From: Candidatus Latescibacterota bacterium
GTDB lineage: Bacteria > Latescibacterota > UBA2968 > UBA8231
DNA length: 64,000 nt
Reading direction: 5' to 3'
Assembly (NCBI GenBank): GCA_965215195.1
Contig: CBDCDC010000002.1
Location: forward strand, 4,224,001-4,288,000
The notes under the pieces are model-generated. The model did not search any database and was not told where the DNA came from. It saw only the letters and a program-made list of their open reading frames with translations. Positions 1 to 9,839 of this stretch are shown one piece after another. Each line of letters begins with the position of its first letter. Within the stretch, counting starts at the first letter, position 1. The translations under genes and the position numbers were made by a program.

Positions 1-687
1 CTGGAAATCAACCTCATCAGCCTCGTCTTTGCCTATCTAGTCGGCGTACCGCTGGGCATCGTGATCGCAGTCAAGCAAAATACCGCTATCGACCGCTTGG
101 CTACCATCGGAACCTTCATGCTGTGGTCGATGCCTTCGTTTTGGGTCGGCATGCTGTTGATCTTGTTTTTCTGCAACAAGGAATTCTTCCACTGGTTTCC
201 GGCCTCTGGGATCCAATCCATAGAAGCTGGGGAAGACTGGGGGTTCTGGCGGCTGCTGACCGACCACGCCCACCACATGGTGTTGCCGGTACTGGCTTCG
301 ACCTACTCCAGCTTCGCCGGCATCTCGCGCTATATGCGCACCAGCATGCTGGAGAATTTGCGGCTGGACTACGTGCGCACCGCTCAAGCCAAGGGGTTGC
401 GCTACCGCGTCGTGGTGCTGCGCCACGTGCTGCGCAACTCCCTGATTCCCATTGTGACGCTACTGGCCGGGCTTTTGCCGGGGATGATCGCGGGTTCGGT
501 GTTTATCGAGACGATCTTCACCATTCCGGGCATGGGCTTTTTGGCTTTCCAGTCGGTCATCGCGCGCGACTATCCGGTGGCCATGGCGCTCTTCACGGTT
601 GGCGCGGCCCTGTCGCTGGCGGGGATCTTGGTGGCGGATATTCTGCTCAAGGTGGCGGATCCGCGCATCGACTTTGCGAGTATGTAG
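1..687 (+). CDS. Peptide/nickel ABC transporter permease (OppB/DppB family), 5' truncated by window
   Basis: Open frame from base 1; 'DYVRTAQAKGL...RHVLRNSLIP' EAA loop, 'IETIFTIPGMG...RDYP'. Confidence 0.93.
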   Translation: MEINLISLVFAYLVGVPLGIVIAVKQNTAIDRLATIGTFMLWSMPSFWVGMLLILFFCNKEFFHWFPASGIQSIEAGEDWGFWRLLTDHAHHMVLPVLASTYSSFAGISRYMRTSMLENLRLDYVRTAQAKGLRYRVVVLRHVLRNSLIPIVTLLAGLLPGMIAGSVFIETIFTIPGMGFLAFQSVIARDYPVAMALFTVGAALSLAGILVADILLKVADPRIDFASM

Positions 688-688
688 C

Positions 689-1732
689 ATGAACGCGAAG
701 GCCGTTGCGCAAGGGCAATCCTACGGGCGGATCGTCTGGAGGCAGTTCAAGAAAAACAAACCCGCTCTGCTCAGTCTCTTGGGCATCGTCTTGCTGGGAA
801 TTGTGGCCTTAAGTGCCGACTTACTGGCCGGCGACAAGCCTTACTATATGAAGTACAAGGGCGAGACCTACTTTCCGGCCTTCCGCCAGTACGCAGTCTA
901 TCTGGGGGTAATGGACTGGCCGGCCGAATTGAAGCGCCGCCGCAACTTCAAAAAGCTCAAGACAGATGAGGCCATCTTCCCGCCGGTGCCTTATGCCCCA
1001 GGCGAAATCCGCTTGCGGGAGAAGTACCAGCCCCCCGGGGCCGAGCACTATCTGGGCACGGACCGCTTGGGCCGCGACGTGCTCTCGGGATTGATTCACG
1101 GCACGCGCTACGCCTTGACCATCGGCCTAGTGGCCGTGGGCATATCGCTGGTCATTGGCTTGGTCTTAGGGGCGTTGGCTGGCTACTTTGGAGGCTGGAT
1201 CGACTTGGCGCTCTCGCGCCTTTTCGAGCTGTGGGCCGCGATTCCCAGCTTCTTCCTGATCCTGACGGCCGCGGCGTTTTTCCCGCCGAACCTGTTCTTC
1301 GTCATGATCATTATCGGCCTTACGAGTTGGGTCGGTATCGCCCGCTTGACGCGCTCGCAGTTTTTGCAGGTGCGCAGCTACGATTACGTGGCCGCCGCTC
1401 GCAGCCTCGGGTACTCAAACGGGCGGATCATGTTCCGCCACATTTTGCCCAACGCCATCGGACCGATCCTGATCCCGGCGGCCTTCGGAGTCGCGGGTGC
1501 CATACTCGCCGAGTCGGGACTGAGCTTTTTGGGGGTGGGAGTGCCGGCAGAAGTGATCACTTGGGGTGCCCTGCTGGCTGGGGCGCGCAGCAATGCGGCG
1601 GCGTGGTGGCTGGTGGTCGTGCCGGGCGTGGCCATTTTTGCGACCGTGACCCTGTACAACCTGCTGGGCGACGGCCTGCGCGACGCGCTGGACCCGAAGC
1701 TGCGCGGATCAGGCGCGGAGGAAAGCGGGTAG
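689..1732 (+). CDS. Peptide ABC transporter permease (OppC/DppC family)
   Basis: ATG at 689 just after upstream stop; 'HYLGTDRLGRDV', 'RHILPNA', 'NLLGDGLRDALDP'. Confidence 0.93.
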   Translation: MNAKAVAQGQSYGRIVWRQFKKNKPALLSLLGIVLLGIVALSADLLAGDKPYYMKYKGETYFPAFRQYAVYLGVMDWPAELKRRRNFKKLKTDEAIFPPVPYAPGEIRLREKYQPPGAEHYLGTDRLGRDVLSGLIHGTRYALTIGLVAVGISLVIGLVLGALAGYFGGWIDLALSRLFELWAAIPSFFLILTAAAFFPPNLFFVMIIIGLTSWVGIARLTRSQFLQVRSYDYVAAARSLGYSNGRIMFRHILPNAIGPILIPAAFGVAGAILAESGLSFLGVGVPAEVITWGALLAGARSNAAAWWLVVVPGVAIFATVTLYNLLGDGLRDALDPKLRGSGAEESG

Positions 1733-2980
1733 GGACTCGTTGGCTACGATCTGGTCGAGGGTCTGTCGCTGGCGCAGCAGATGGAGCTCGCCGTCTGTGC
1801 CGAGCAGCACTTCGCATGCTTCCGGGAAGGAATTGTAGTTTTTGGCTGCCATGCCAGCGCAATAGGCCCCGCTGCCGCCGATAAAGACCGCGTCGCCGAT
1901 GCGCGGCTCGGTGAGTACGCGGGGTCCCAGCTCTTCGGGGTTGCCGGGTACTGGCGTGAGAATATCCCCGCTTTCACAGCAATGGCCGGCGATTAGGTAC
2001 TCGCCTTGGCCGCGCGCCTCTGGTGTGGCCGGGACCACGACGATGGGGTGTTGCGCCCCGTACAGGCTGGGACGCAGCACTTCAGTCATTCCGCTATCGA
2101 CCTTGATGAAGGAATAGCCCTGCCGGCCGGTATCGACTACGTCGACGACGCAGCACACGATGGCACCGGCGTTGCCCACCAAGAAGGTCCCAGGTTCGAT
2201 TTCGAGATGCAGTTTGCGGCCGTGCTCGCGGGCGAAGCGGTTGAATTCGTCGGCCACAGGTTGGCCAGCTTTGTGCAAGTCGGTCGATGCTTCGCCCGCC
2301 ATGCGCCCCACCCTGAAACCGCCGCCCATACTCACGCGCCGGACCTCGGGCAGCTTGGCGGCCACGCCCAGCGTCAGCCGGGCGCAGTGCTGCCACACTT
2401 CTGGGTCGCTGCCCGAGCCGATATGGCTGTGCAAGCCGGTGATGTGGAGGTCGCAGGTAGCGGCCGTTGCGAGCACTTGGTCGAGATGCTCGTGCCAGAT
2501 GCCGAAGCTCGCCGAAGGGCCGCCCGTGTTGGTGCGATTGCTGTGTCCCGAGCCTAGGCCTGGGTTGACGCGCACCGAGACCTCGCGGCCCGCAAAGAGC
2601 CGGCCGTAGGTTTCGAGCTGGTGCAGGGAGCAGGCGTTAAAGAGGACGCCTTGGCGCACTAGGTCTGCTAAATTGTCGGGTAGTTGTTGGGCCGTGAGCT
2701 GAATCTGGGCCGCGGGGACGCCAGCGCGCATGGCCCGCAGCGCTTCGTACCCACTACTGGCGTCGATGTGCAGGCCAGCGCGGTTGAGAATGCGGATCAC
2801 GCCGGCGGCCGGGCAGGCTTTCACAGCGTAGCGAACCGTCAGGCCGTGTGCATTGGGGAAGGCAAGAGCCTTTTGGGCTTGGGATTCCAACGCCTTTTGA
2901 TCATAGACAAAAGTGGGCGTCCCAAACTGGCGCTGGACGGTGCGAACTTGCTCTTCAGACAGGAGTGAAAGCCGTTCCAT
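1709..2980 (-). CDS. lysA: Diaminopimelate decarboxylase
   Basis: 'YAVKA' PLP lysine, 'HSHIGSG', 'EIEPG', 'CESGD', 'GAY..GMA.KNYNS'. Confidence 0.88.
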   Translation of the reverse strand: MERLSLLSEEQVRTVQRQFGTPTFVYDQKALESQAQKALAFPNAHGLTVRYAVKACPAAGVIRILNRAGLHIDASSGYEALRAMRAGVPAAQIQLTAQQLPDNLADLVRQGVLFNACSLHQLETYGRLFAGREVSVRVNPGLGSGHSNRTNTGGPSASFGIWHEHLDQVLATAATCDLHITGLHSHIGSGSDPEVWQHCARLTLGVAAKLPEVRRVSMGGGFRVGRMAGEASTDLHKAGQPVADEFNRFAREHGRKLHLEIEPGTFLVGNAGAIVCCVVDVVDTGRQGYSFIKVDSGMTEVLRPSLYGAQHPIVVVPATPEARGQGEYLIAGHCCESGDILTPVPGNPEELGPRVLTEPRIGDAVFIGGSGAYCAGMAAKNYNSFPEACEVLLGTDGELHLLRQRQTLDQIVANESLPAFLRA

Positions 2981-3072
2981 TAAATGACCCTAACTTGATA
3001 TTTTTCAATAGAATCCATAGGTTATGAAAACTCTTTAGTATCGCTGCTACATCCCATTTTGTCAAGCTCCCT

Positions 3073-4896
3073 ATGGCCACCCACATCCTCGGCATTTCCG
3101 CGTTCTACCACGATAGCGCGGCCTGTTTGGTGCGCGACGGAGAGATCGTCGCGGCTGCGCAGGAGGAGCGATTCACGCGCGTTAAACACGATCCAGATTT
3201 TCCCGCTCGCGCCGTCGCCTACTGTCTGCGAGAAGGCGGTATTGAGGCCAAAGACCTGCACTGCGTGGGGTTTTACGACAAACCCCTGCTGACCTTTGAA
3301 CGCCTGCTAGAGACTCATCTGGGCACGGTGCCGTTGGGCCTCCGCCTCTACTGGAAGAGCATGAAGGTCTGGCTGGAAAAGAAGCTGTGGATCCCGCAGT
3401 TAATCCAAGAGCAGCTAGGCTGCGATGTACCGGTGCTGTTCGGCGACCACCACGAGTCGCACGCCGCGTCGGCCTTCTATCCGTCGCCGTATCGAGAAGC
3501 GGCAATCGCAACCTTAGACGGGGTTGGCGAGTGGACCACGACCAGCTATGGCTACGGCCGAGATGCCGAAATTCACACGCTGGCCGACCTCAAGTTTCCC
3601 CACTCGCTCGGTTTGTTCTATTCGGCCTTTACCTATTTTGCGGGCTTCAAGGTCAACTCCGGCGAGTACAAGCTGATGGGGCTGGCCCCTTACGGCGAGC
3701 CAAAATACGTCGATCTAATGCTCGAAGAGATAATCGACCTCAAGGACGACGGCTCCTTCAAGCTCAACACTCGTTATTTCAACTACTTATCCGGCCTGAC
3801 GATGACCAGTCGGGCAATGGACAAGCTCTTCGGGGGAGGGCCGCGGCGGCCGGAGACGCCGCTGACCCAGCGCGAAATGGATATCGCGCGCTCCTGTCAG
3901 GTCGTCACCGAGGAAGTCATGTTGCGCATTGCCCGCACGGTCCACAGAGAAACCAAGATCAAAAACTTGTGCATGGCCGGTGGCGTGGCACTCAATTGCG
4001 TCGGCAATGGCCGCATCTTGCGCGAGGGCCCCTTTGAAAACATCTGGATCCAGCCGGCTGCGGGCGATGCCGGCGGGGCCTTGGGCGTGGCGCTGGCGCT
4101 GTGGTATAACCACTTGGGCCACGAGCGGGTGGCAGACGGCGCAAACGACGCGATGCGGGCGTCGCTGTTAGGGCCTGAATACGGAGACGAAGAAATCCAC
4201 CAGTGCATTGAGCAGCAGGCGGGGGTGGCGCAAAAGATCGCCGCGGACGAGTTGCCGGTGCGCGTGGCCGAGCTTTTGGCTGCGGGCAAAGTCGTGGGCT
4301 TTTTTCAGGGGCGGATGGAATTTGGGCCGCGTGCGCTCGGTGCCCGCTCAATTCTCGGCGACCCGCGCTCAGCCGAGATGCAGTCGCTGATGAACCGCAA
4401 GATCAAGTTCCGCGAGAGCTTCCGCCCCTTTGCCCCGACGGTCCTGCGCGAATGCGTACGCGAGTTCTTTGAGCTGGATGCCGACTCGCCTTACATGCTG
4501 CAAGTGGCTCCACTTAAAGCGGAACGGCAGATTCCCATGAGCGAGGGCCAGCAGCGGCTGTTCGGCATTGACAAGCTAAACGTGCCGCGCTCGGATATTC
4601 CGGCCGTCACCCACGTGGACTACTCGGCGCGGGTGCAGACGCTGCGCCGGCGAGATCACCCTCGCTACTACGACGTGATTCGCGCCTTTCAGAGCCTGAC
4701 CGGATATCCAGTGGTGGTCAACACGTCCTTCAACGTGCGCGGCGAACCCATCGTCCAAAGCCCAGAAGACGCCTATCGCTGCTTCATGCGGACCGAGATG
4801 GATTTTTTGGTCCTAGGCTCTTATGTCTTGGACAAGAGGGACCAACCGCAGTGGCAGGAGGAACGGGATTGGCAAGAGGAGTTTGAGCTTGACTGA
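3073..4896 (+). CDS. Carbamoyltransferase (NodU/CmcH family)
   Basis: 'HDSAA', 'QEERFTRVKH', 'HHESHAASAF', 'DGVGE', 'GEYKLMGLAPYG', 'EFGPRALG.RSI', 'NTSFNVRGEPIV'. Confidence 0.95.
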   Translation: MATHILGISAFYHDSAACLVRDGEIVAAAQEERFTRVKHDPDFPARAVAYCLREGGIEAKDLHCVGFYDKPLLTFERLLETHLGTVPLGLRLYWKSMKVWLEKKLWIPQLIQEQLGCDVPVLFGDHHESHAASAFYPSPYREAAIATLDGVGEWTTTSYGYGRDAEIHTLADLKFPHSLGLFYSAFTYFAGFKVNSGEYKLMGLAPYGEPKYVDLMLEEIIDLKDDGSFKLNTRYFNYLSGLTMTSRAMDKLFGGGPRRPETPLTQREMDIARSCQVVTEEVMLRIARTVHRETKIKNLCMAGGVALNCVGNGRILREGPFENIWIQPAAGDAGGALGVALALWYNHLGHERVADGANDAMRASLLGPEYGDEEIHQCIEQQAGVAQKIAADELPVRVAELLAAGKVVGFFQGRMEFGPRALGARSILGDPRSAEMQSLMNRKIKFRESFRPFAPTVLRECVREFFELDADSPYMLQVAPLKAERQIPMSEGQQRLFGIDKLNVPRSDIPAVTHVDYSARVQTLRRRDHPRYYDVIRAFQSLTGYPVVVNTSFNVRGEPIVQSPEDAYRCFMRTEMDFLVLGSYVLDKRDQPQWQEERDWQEEFELD

Positions 4897-5314
4897 GGCC
4901 AAGACCTACTGGGGGGTTGCAACTCCCACGCGCGGCGATTTGCGCCGATTTGGACTCGTGCTGGCGGCGTTGCTGGCCTTGCTAGGCGGCTATCTGTGGT
5001 ATGTGGAAGCTGTCGGCTTCGCCCAGCTTGTACACGCGGCCTCGTTGGTATTGCTCGGGGTCGGATTGGTGCTGCCCATTGCGCTGACGCCGATCTACTT
5101 TCCCTATATGTGGCTGGCCAGAATCGTGGCCTTTGTCAATATCCACCTGCTTTTAGGGCTGGTTTTCTACACACTTTTTACCCTGATCGGGCTTGGCATG
5201 CGCCTTTTGGGACGCGATCCGCTCGACCGCAAAATCGCTCCCGACGCGGAGAGTTACTGGCAGCGTCGGGCCTCTTCTCTGTTTCCCCGCGACCACTATC
5301 GCAAGCGGTTCTGA
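4889..5314 (+). CDS. SxtJ-family membrane protein
   Basis: TTG start overlapping the carbamoyltransferase end; 'DLRRFGL', TM segments, 'RLLGRDPL', 'SYW', C-terminal 'YRKRF'; usual partner of this carbamoyltransferase. Confidence 0.8.
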   Translation: MTEAKTYWGVATPTRGDLRRFGLVLAALLALLGGYLWYVEAVGFAQLVHAASLVLLGVGLVLPIALTPIYFPYMWLARIVAFVNIHLLLGLVFYTLFTLIGLGMRLLGRDPLDRKIAPDAESYWQRRASSLFPRDHYRKRF

Positions 5315-5382
5315 GCCTTGCTCTTGTTTTGGGCAGCCGTTATATTTACACCGCTTGGGAGGCCCCTTAAAAACGGCCTCAA

Positions 5383-5871
5383 ATGGAATCTACGGAAGAA
5401 CTTAGCTCATTTGCCGCAGACGGTCGTTGGATGCGCGAGGCCCTGCGCGAGGCCGAGCGAGCTGGCCGTCGTGGCGAGGTGCCCGTCGGTGCTGTCGTCG
5501 TCGGGGGCGGGCGGGTTTTGGGCCGGGCCGGCAACGCCATTGAAGCGACGCAGGATCCCACGGCTCACGCGGAGATGCTGGCTTTGCGCCAAGCTGCGGC
5601 GGCACTGGGGACGCGGCGTCTGTTGGCGACGACGCTCTACGCCACCTTGGAACCTTGCGCCATGTGCGCTGGGGCCGCAGTCTTGGCCCGGGTGCCGCGG
5701 CTGGTCTTTGGGGCCGCGGATCCCAAATCCGGTGCTTGCGGTTCGTTGCGCAATGTTGCGGAGGATCCTCGGCTCAATCATCGCTGTAAGGTCCGCGGCG
5801 GGGTGCTAGAGCGAGAATGTGCCGAGTTGCTCAAGGGTTTTTTTGCGGCCCTGCGAGCGGCCAAAAATTGA
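5383..5871 (+). CDS. tadA: tRNA adenosine(34) deaminase
   Basis: 'GEVPVGAV', 'DPTAHAE', 'TLEPCAMCAGA', 'DPKSGACGS', 'LNHR'. Confidence 0.95.
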   Translation: MESTEELSSFAADGRWMREALREAERAGRRGEVPVGAVVVGGGRVLGRAGNAIEATQDPTAHAEMLALRQAAAALGTRRLLATTLYATLEPCAMCAGAAVLARVPRLVFGAADPKSGACGSLRNVAEDPRLNHRCKVRGGVLERECAELLKGFFAALRAAKN

Positions 5872-5961
<90 letters not shown>

Positions 5962-5967
5962 TTTTGT

Positions 5968-6058
5968 GGAGAGATGGCCGAGTGGTCGAAGGTGCACGAC
6001 TGGAAATCGTGTGTAGGGCAACCCCCTACCGAGGGTTCGAATCCCTCTCTCTCCGCCA
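5968..6058 (+). tRNA. tRNA-Ser(GGA)
   Basis: GGAGAGA/TCTCTCC-G-CCA, anticodon arm cacga-ctGGAaa-tcgtg, long variable arm. Confidence 0.97.
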
Positions 6059-6072
6059 TTATTGATCCGGAT

Positions 6073-6148
6073 GGGGCAGTAGCTCAGCTGGGAGAGCGCC
6101 AGGTTCGCAATCTGGAGGTCGTGGGTTCGATCCCCATCTGCTCCACCA
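6073..6148 (+). tRNA. tRNA-Ala(CGC)
   Basis: GGGGCAG/CTGCTCC-A-CCA with G3:U70, anticodon arm ccagg-ttCGCaa-tctgg. Confidence 0.97.
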
Positions 6149-6186
6149 TTTTTTCCGGATACTCGCTGGTAAAATGCAGTGTTTTA

Positions 6187-6457
6187 GGTCGTGCTAGATG
6201 GGGAGATAGCGGTGCCCTGTACCCGCAATCCGCTATAGCGGGATTGAATTCCCATCGAGAGGCTTTCGCACCTCTTGTTCGACCGGAGCAAAGTGGCGCT
6301 GAAGACCGGATTCTGCGCAATCAAGAGCTTCTGAACCCCGTCAGGACCGGAAGGTAGCAGCGGTAGGAATGTCTCTTGGTGTGCCGTAGAGCTGTCCGGT
6401 TGGAGCTAACTGGCACTGGGCAGACCTGAGGACGGGGTCGAAGATGGGTGCACGGCC
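6187..6457 (+). ncRNA. ffs: Signal recognition particle RNA, large (Alu-domain) type
   Basis: Helix 8 signature 'TCAGGACCGGAAGGTAGCAGC'; 5' 'GTGCTAGATGGGGAG.TAGCGGTGCCCTGTACCCGCAATCCGCTATAGCGGG' Alu-like; termini GGTCGTGC/GCACGGCC pair; located upstream of dnaX. Confidence 0.92.
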
Positions 6458-6507
6458 TTCTAATTTTTTGTTTACTCCCTTCATCTTAGCTGTGTCGAGC
6501 AACGCAA

Positions 6508-8121
6508 ATGGCCTATCAGGTAACAGCGCGCAAGTGGCGTCCTCGCCAATTCGACGAAGTAGTAGGGCAGGAGCACATCACTACCACCTTAAAGAATGCC
6601 GTCTATTCCGGGCGCATTGCGCAGTGCTACCTGTTTTGCGGCCCCCGCGGCGTGGGCAAGACCACGACCGCGCGAATCCTCGCCAAGGTCCTCAACTGCG
6701 CCGCTCGCCGCGACGGCAATCCCTGCGGGGCGTGCGATTCCTGCAAGAGCATTGCCGCCTCCACCAGCATGAACGTGCTGGAGATCGACGGGGCCTCCAA
6801 CAACAGCGTCGATGACATCCGCGAGTTGCGCGAAGTCGTGCGCTACGCCGCGACCGCAGGCGTCTATAAAATTTACATCATCGACGAGGTTCACATGCTC
6901 TCAACCGCGGCGTTCAATGCGCTGTTGAAGACGCTGGAGGAGCCGCCGGAGCACGTGGTTTTCATCTTCGCCACCACCGAGGTGCAGTCGGTCCCCGACA
7001 CCATTCTCTCGCGCTGTCAGCGCTTCAATTTTCGCCGCATCTCAAGCGGACAGATCGCCGCCCACCTCGGCATCATTGCCCAAGCCGAGGGCATCGCAGT
7101 CGAAGAGGGGGCACTCCACCTGCTGGCCAGCCGCGCAGATGGTGCTTTGCGCGACGCCGAGAGCCTACTCGATCAAGTGGCCTCCTTGGGCGCGGAGGTA
7201 TCGCAGCAAGCCGTGGTGCAGGTGTTGGGTCTCGTCGATCGCGGCCTCTACTTTGAATTGCTCGACGCCATGCGCGAAGCGGCGCCCGCACGGGTGCTGG
7301 ACATCGTCGCCCAAGCCATCGACGAAGGGGCCGACATCGAGGAGTTCGTCTATGGCCTAGTCGAGCTTTTGCGCCACCTGCTCTTCGCCAAGATACAGGG
7401 TGGGACCGACGAGCTGGATATGGCCGAAGATGCCCGCCGCCGCTGTGGCGAGCTCGCGGCCGTTATGGAGGTCGAGGACCTGCTCCGCATGATGCAGTCG
7501 CTCTTGGATTTAGAAGCGGATATAAAGCGCTCGGTACAGCCGCGCTTTCGCGTGGAAATCGCCTTGGTGCATCTGGCGCTGATGGGCCGGTCGGTCGATG
7601 TGGGCGAGCTGCTCCGCCGCTTGCAGTCGCTCGAAAGTGCCGCGCCACCTCCAAGCAGGGGTCGCAGCGAACAAGTCGTGCGTCCGTCTCCAAGTAGTCT
7701 CAATAAACAGGCCGCGCCGCCGCCCCCGGCCCCGCAGCAAGCCGCCGCCCCGGCGGTGCCGAGCAATGCCGCTGCTGGCCTGAGCTTTGATCAGGTGCGC
7801 ACCACTTGGGCCGAGCTAGTCCATGCCGTGCGAGCCGCCAAGCCGTCGCTGGCCCACTTTCTCAATGGGGCGGCCTTAGTCGGCTTGGAGGGCCACGTGC
7901 TCAAGCTGAGCTTTGGTGCTGCCGACCGCTTTGCTAAGGACTACGTGCTCAACAACCGAGAAAGCGTAGAGGCCATAGCCGAGGAGAAATACGGGCGGCG
8001 GCTGCGCTTAGAGGCCGTAGTAAAGAAGGGCGACCAGCCAGCCCCGCAGGCGGCGAGCCAGCCCGAGTCCGACCCCACCCTGCGCTCGGTGCTCGACACT
8101 TTTGACGGCGAGTTAGTCTGA
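6508..8121 (+). CDS. dnaX: DNA polymerase III subunit gamma/tau
   Basis: 'ARKWRP..F.EVVGQEH', 'GPRGVGKTT', zinc Cys cluster, 'IIDEVHMLS..AFNALLKTLEEPP', 'SRC'. Confidence 0.97.
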   Translation: MAYQVTARKWRPRQFDEVVGQEHITTTLKNAVYSGRIAQCYLFCGPRGVGKTTTARILAKVLNCAARRDGNPCGACDSCKSIAASTSMNVLEIDGASNNSVDDIRELREVVRYAATAGVYKIYIIDEVHMLSTAAFNALLKTLEEPPEHVVFIFATTEVQSVPDTILSRCQRFNFRRISSGQIAAHLGIIAQAEGIAVEEGALHLLASRADGALRDAESLLDQVASLGAEVSQQAVVQVLGLVDRGLYFELLDAMREAAPARVLDIVAQAIDEGADIEEFVYGLVELLRHLLFAKIQGGTDELDMAEDARRRCGELAAVMEVEDLLRMMQSLLDLEADIKRSVQPRFRVEIALVHLALMGRSVDVGELLRRLQSLESAAPPPSRGRSEQVVRPSPSSLNKQAAPPPPAPQQAAAPAVPSNAAAGLSFDQVRTTWAELVHAVRAAKPSLAHFLNGAALVGLEGHVLKLSFGAADRFAKDYVLNNRESVEAIAEEKYGRRLRLEAVVKKGDQPAPQAASQPESDPTLRSVLDTFDGELV

Positions 8122-8129
8122 GAGAGCCC

Positions 8130-8726
8130 ATGGAACCCCTAGCCCTCGAAGACTTGATCGTCGCATTTGCCAAGCTGCCCGGTATTGGCCGCAAGACAGC
8201 CCAGCGCTTGGCGCTCTATGTGGTCAAGAGGCCGCGCGAGGAAGCCGAGCTGCTCGCCAAGGCGCTCGTTGCCGCCAAAGACCAGATCGAACACTGCGCC
8301 ACCTGCCGCAATTTCACCCAAAAGGGCGAGCCCCTATGCGAAGTCTGCCGCGACCCCCGGCGCGACCAGCAGTTCCTCTGCGTAGTGGCCGAAGCCAGCG
8401 ATGTGCTGGCCTTTGAGATGAGTCAGTTTTACTCCGGGGCGTATCACGTGCTCGGCGGGGTGCTTTCCCCGCAAGACGGCGTACTGCCCGAGGATTTGCA
8501 CATCGACTCCTTGGTCGAGCGCGTGCGCCAGCAGGGCGTACAGGAGGTACTGCTCGCGCTCAATGCCAACGCCGAGGGCGATGCCACCGCTCACTTCATC
8601 GCTCAGCAACTCGTGCCGCTGACCAAGGTGTCGAGGCTGGCGCGCGGCCTGCCGGTGGGCGCGGATTTGGACTTGGCCGACAGCGTCACCCTCTCGCTGG
8701 CCTTTGCCGGCCGGTCTTCGCTGTAA
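8130..8726 (+). CDS. recR: Recombination mediator RecR
   Basis: 'LPGIGRKTAQRLA', C4 zinc finger, 'YHVLGGVLSP.DG', Toprim 'EGDATA', 'LARGLPVG'. Confidence 0.96.
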   Translation: MEPLALEDLIVAFAKLPGIGRKTAQRLALYVVKRPREEAELLAKALVAAKDQIEHCATCRNFTQKGEPLCEVCRDPRRDQQFLCVVAEASDVLAFEMSQFYSGAYHVLGGVLSPQDGVLPEDLHIDSLVERVRQQGVQEVLLALNANAEGDATAHFIAQQLVPLTKVSRLARGLPVGADLDLADSVTLSLAFAGRSSL

Positions 8727-8733
8727 GGTAGAA

Positions 8734-9336
8734 ATGGAGCGGCGCGATATCTTTAATTTGCCCAATGGGCTGACCGCACTCAGGATCGGCTTGACGCCGC
8801 TGTTTTTGCTGCTGCTCTTCACCGATACTTGGTATTGGAAAAGCCTTGCCTTCGTGGTCTTCAGCGCGGCCTCGCTGACCGATTTCTACGATGGCAAACT
8901 AGCGCGCGCCGGCAATCAAGTAACGCCGCTGGGGCGCTTCTTGGACCCGTTGGCCGACAAGATCTTGGTGACGTCGGCACTCGTCGCCCTAGCGTTGGAC
9001 GAAATGGTCAATTTTTGGCTGGTCTTGCCCATCGTCGGGCGCGACATCCTGATCACGGGCATGCGCCTCTACGGGCTGTACCGGGGCCGTCCCATGGTCA
9101 CTTCGCGCTTGGCCAAGTGGAAGACCGCAGTCCAGCTTTTCACGGTTATCTTCATACTTTTCGTCATTGGCCTCGAGGAGGCGATGGGGCGTTTTGCCGC
9201 AGGTCATCTCTTCTTTCTCGACGACCAGCTAATCCAGCTTTTGGCCAATGCACTGTTGGCGGGGGTGCTGTTGCTGACGCTGCTGTCGGGTTTCCACTAC
9301 CTGTTCCGCGCGACCTCTTCCTACAAGGAATCCTGA
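8734..9336 (+). CDS. pgsA: CDP-diacylglycerol--glycerol-3-phosphate 3-phosphatidyltransferase
   Basis: 'NLPN.LT.LRI', 'TDFYDGKLAR...VT.LGRFLDPLADK', 'KWKTAVQ'. Confidence 0.92.
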   Translation: MERRDIFNLPNGLTALRIGLTPLFLLLLFTDTWYWKSLAFVVFSAASLTDFYDGKLARAGNQVTPLGRFLDPLADKILVTSALVALALDEMVNFWLVLPIVGRDILITGMRLYGLYRGRPMVTSRLAKWKTAVQLFTVIFILFVIGLEEAMGRFAAGHLFFLDDQLIQLLANALLAGVLLLTLLSGFHYLFRATSSYKES

Positions 9337-9362
9337 GCGCGGCATAGAGGAACGCGTTTCTT

Positions 9363-9827
9363 CTGAACCGACTGATCGCCACGCTCTTTTTCGTCGGCTA
9401 TGCCCCGTGGGCACCCGGTACGGCTGGTACCGCGCTCGTCGCCCTGTTATATTGGCTATTTTTTCCTCGTTTGGATTTGGGGATGCTGGAGTGGCTCGGT
9501 GTGCTTTTGGTCGCCTCGGCCATTGGGGTGTACAGCGCGGGCCGGGCGGCCCCGGAATGGGGCGAGGACCCCGGGCAGGTCGTCGTTGACGAGGGGGTGG
9601 GCTTTCTCTTTGCAGTGGCACTTTTGCCTCCGGGCGCAGGGACGGCCATCGCCGGCTTCTTCGTCTTTCGCGCCCTCGATATTGTCAAGCCGCCCCCGGC
9701 GCGGCAGCTAGAAGCCCTGCCGCGGGGATGGGGCATTGTGGCCGACGACGTGGTCGCCGGTCTGTACAGCAACGCGGTCATTCGCTCGTCGTCCTATTTG
9801 ATCGAGTGGGCGCGATACCACACTTAA
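9363..9827 (+). CDS. pgpA: Phosphatidylglycerophosphatase A (likely CTG start)
   Basis: In-frame upstream extension 'LIATLFFVGYAPWAPGTAGT'; 'DPGQVVVDE', 'FRALDIVKP', 'GWGIVADDVVAG'. Confidence 0.9.
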   Translation: MNRLIATLFFVGYAPWAPGTAGTALVALLYWLFFPRLDLGMLEWLGVLLVASAIGVYSAGRAAPEWGEDPGQVVVDEGVGFLFAVALLPPGAGTAIAGFFVFRALDIVKPPPARQLEALPRGWGIVADDVVAGLYSNAVIRSSSYLIEWARYHT

Positions 9828-9839
9828 GAGGGGATTTCC

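Noticed and set aside
3073-5314. Saxitoxin gene cluster (sxtI/sxtJ)
   Set aside because: No sxtA/sxtG or other sxt genes; this gene pair is widespread outside toxin producers.
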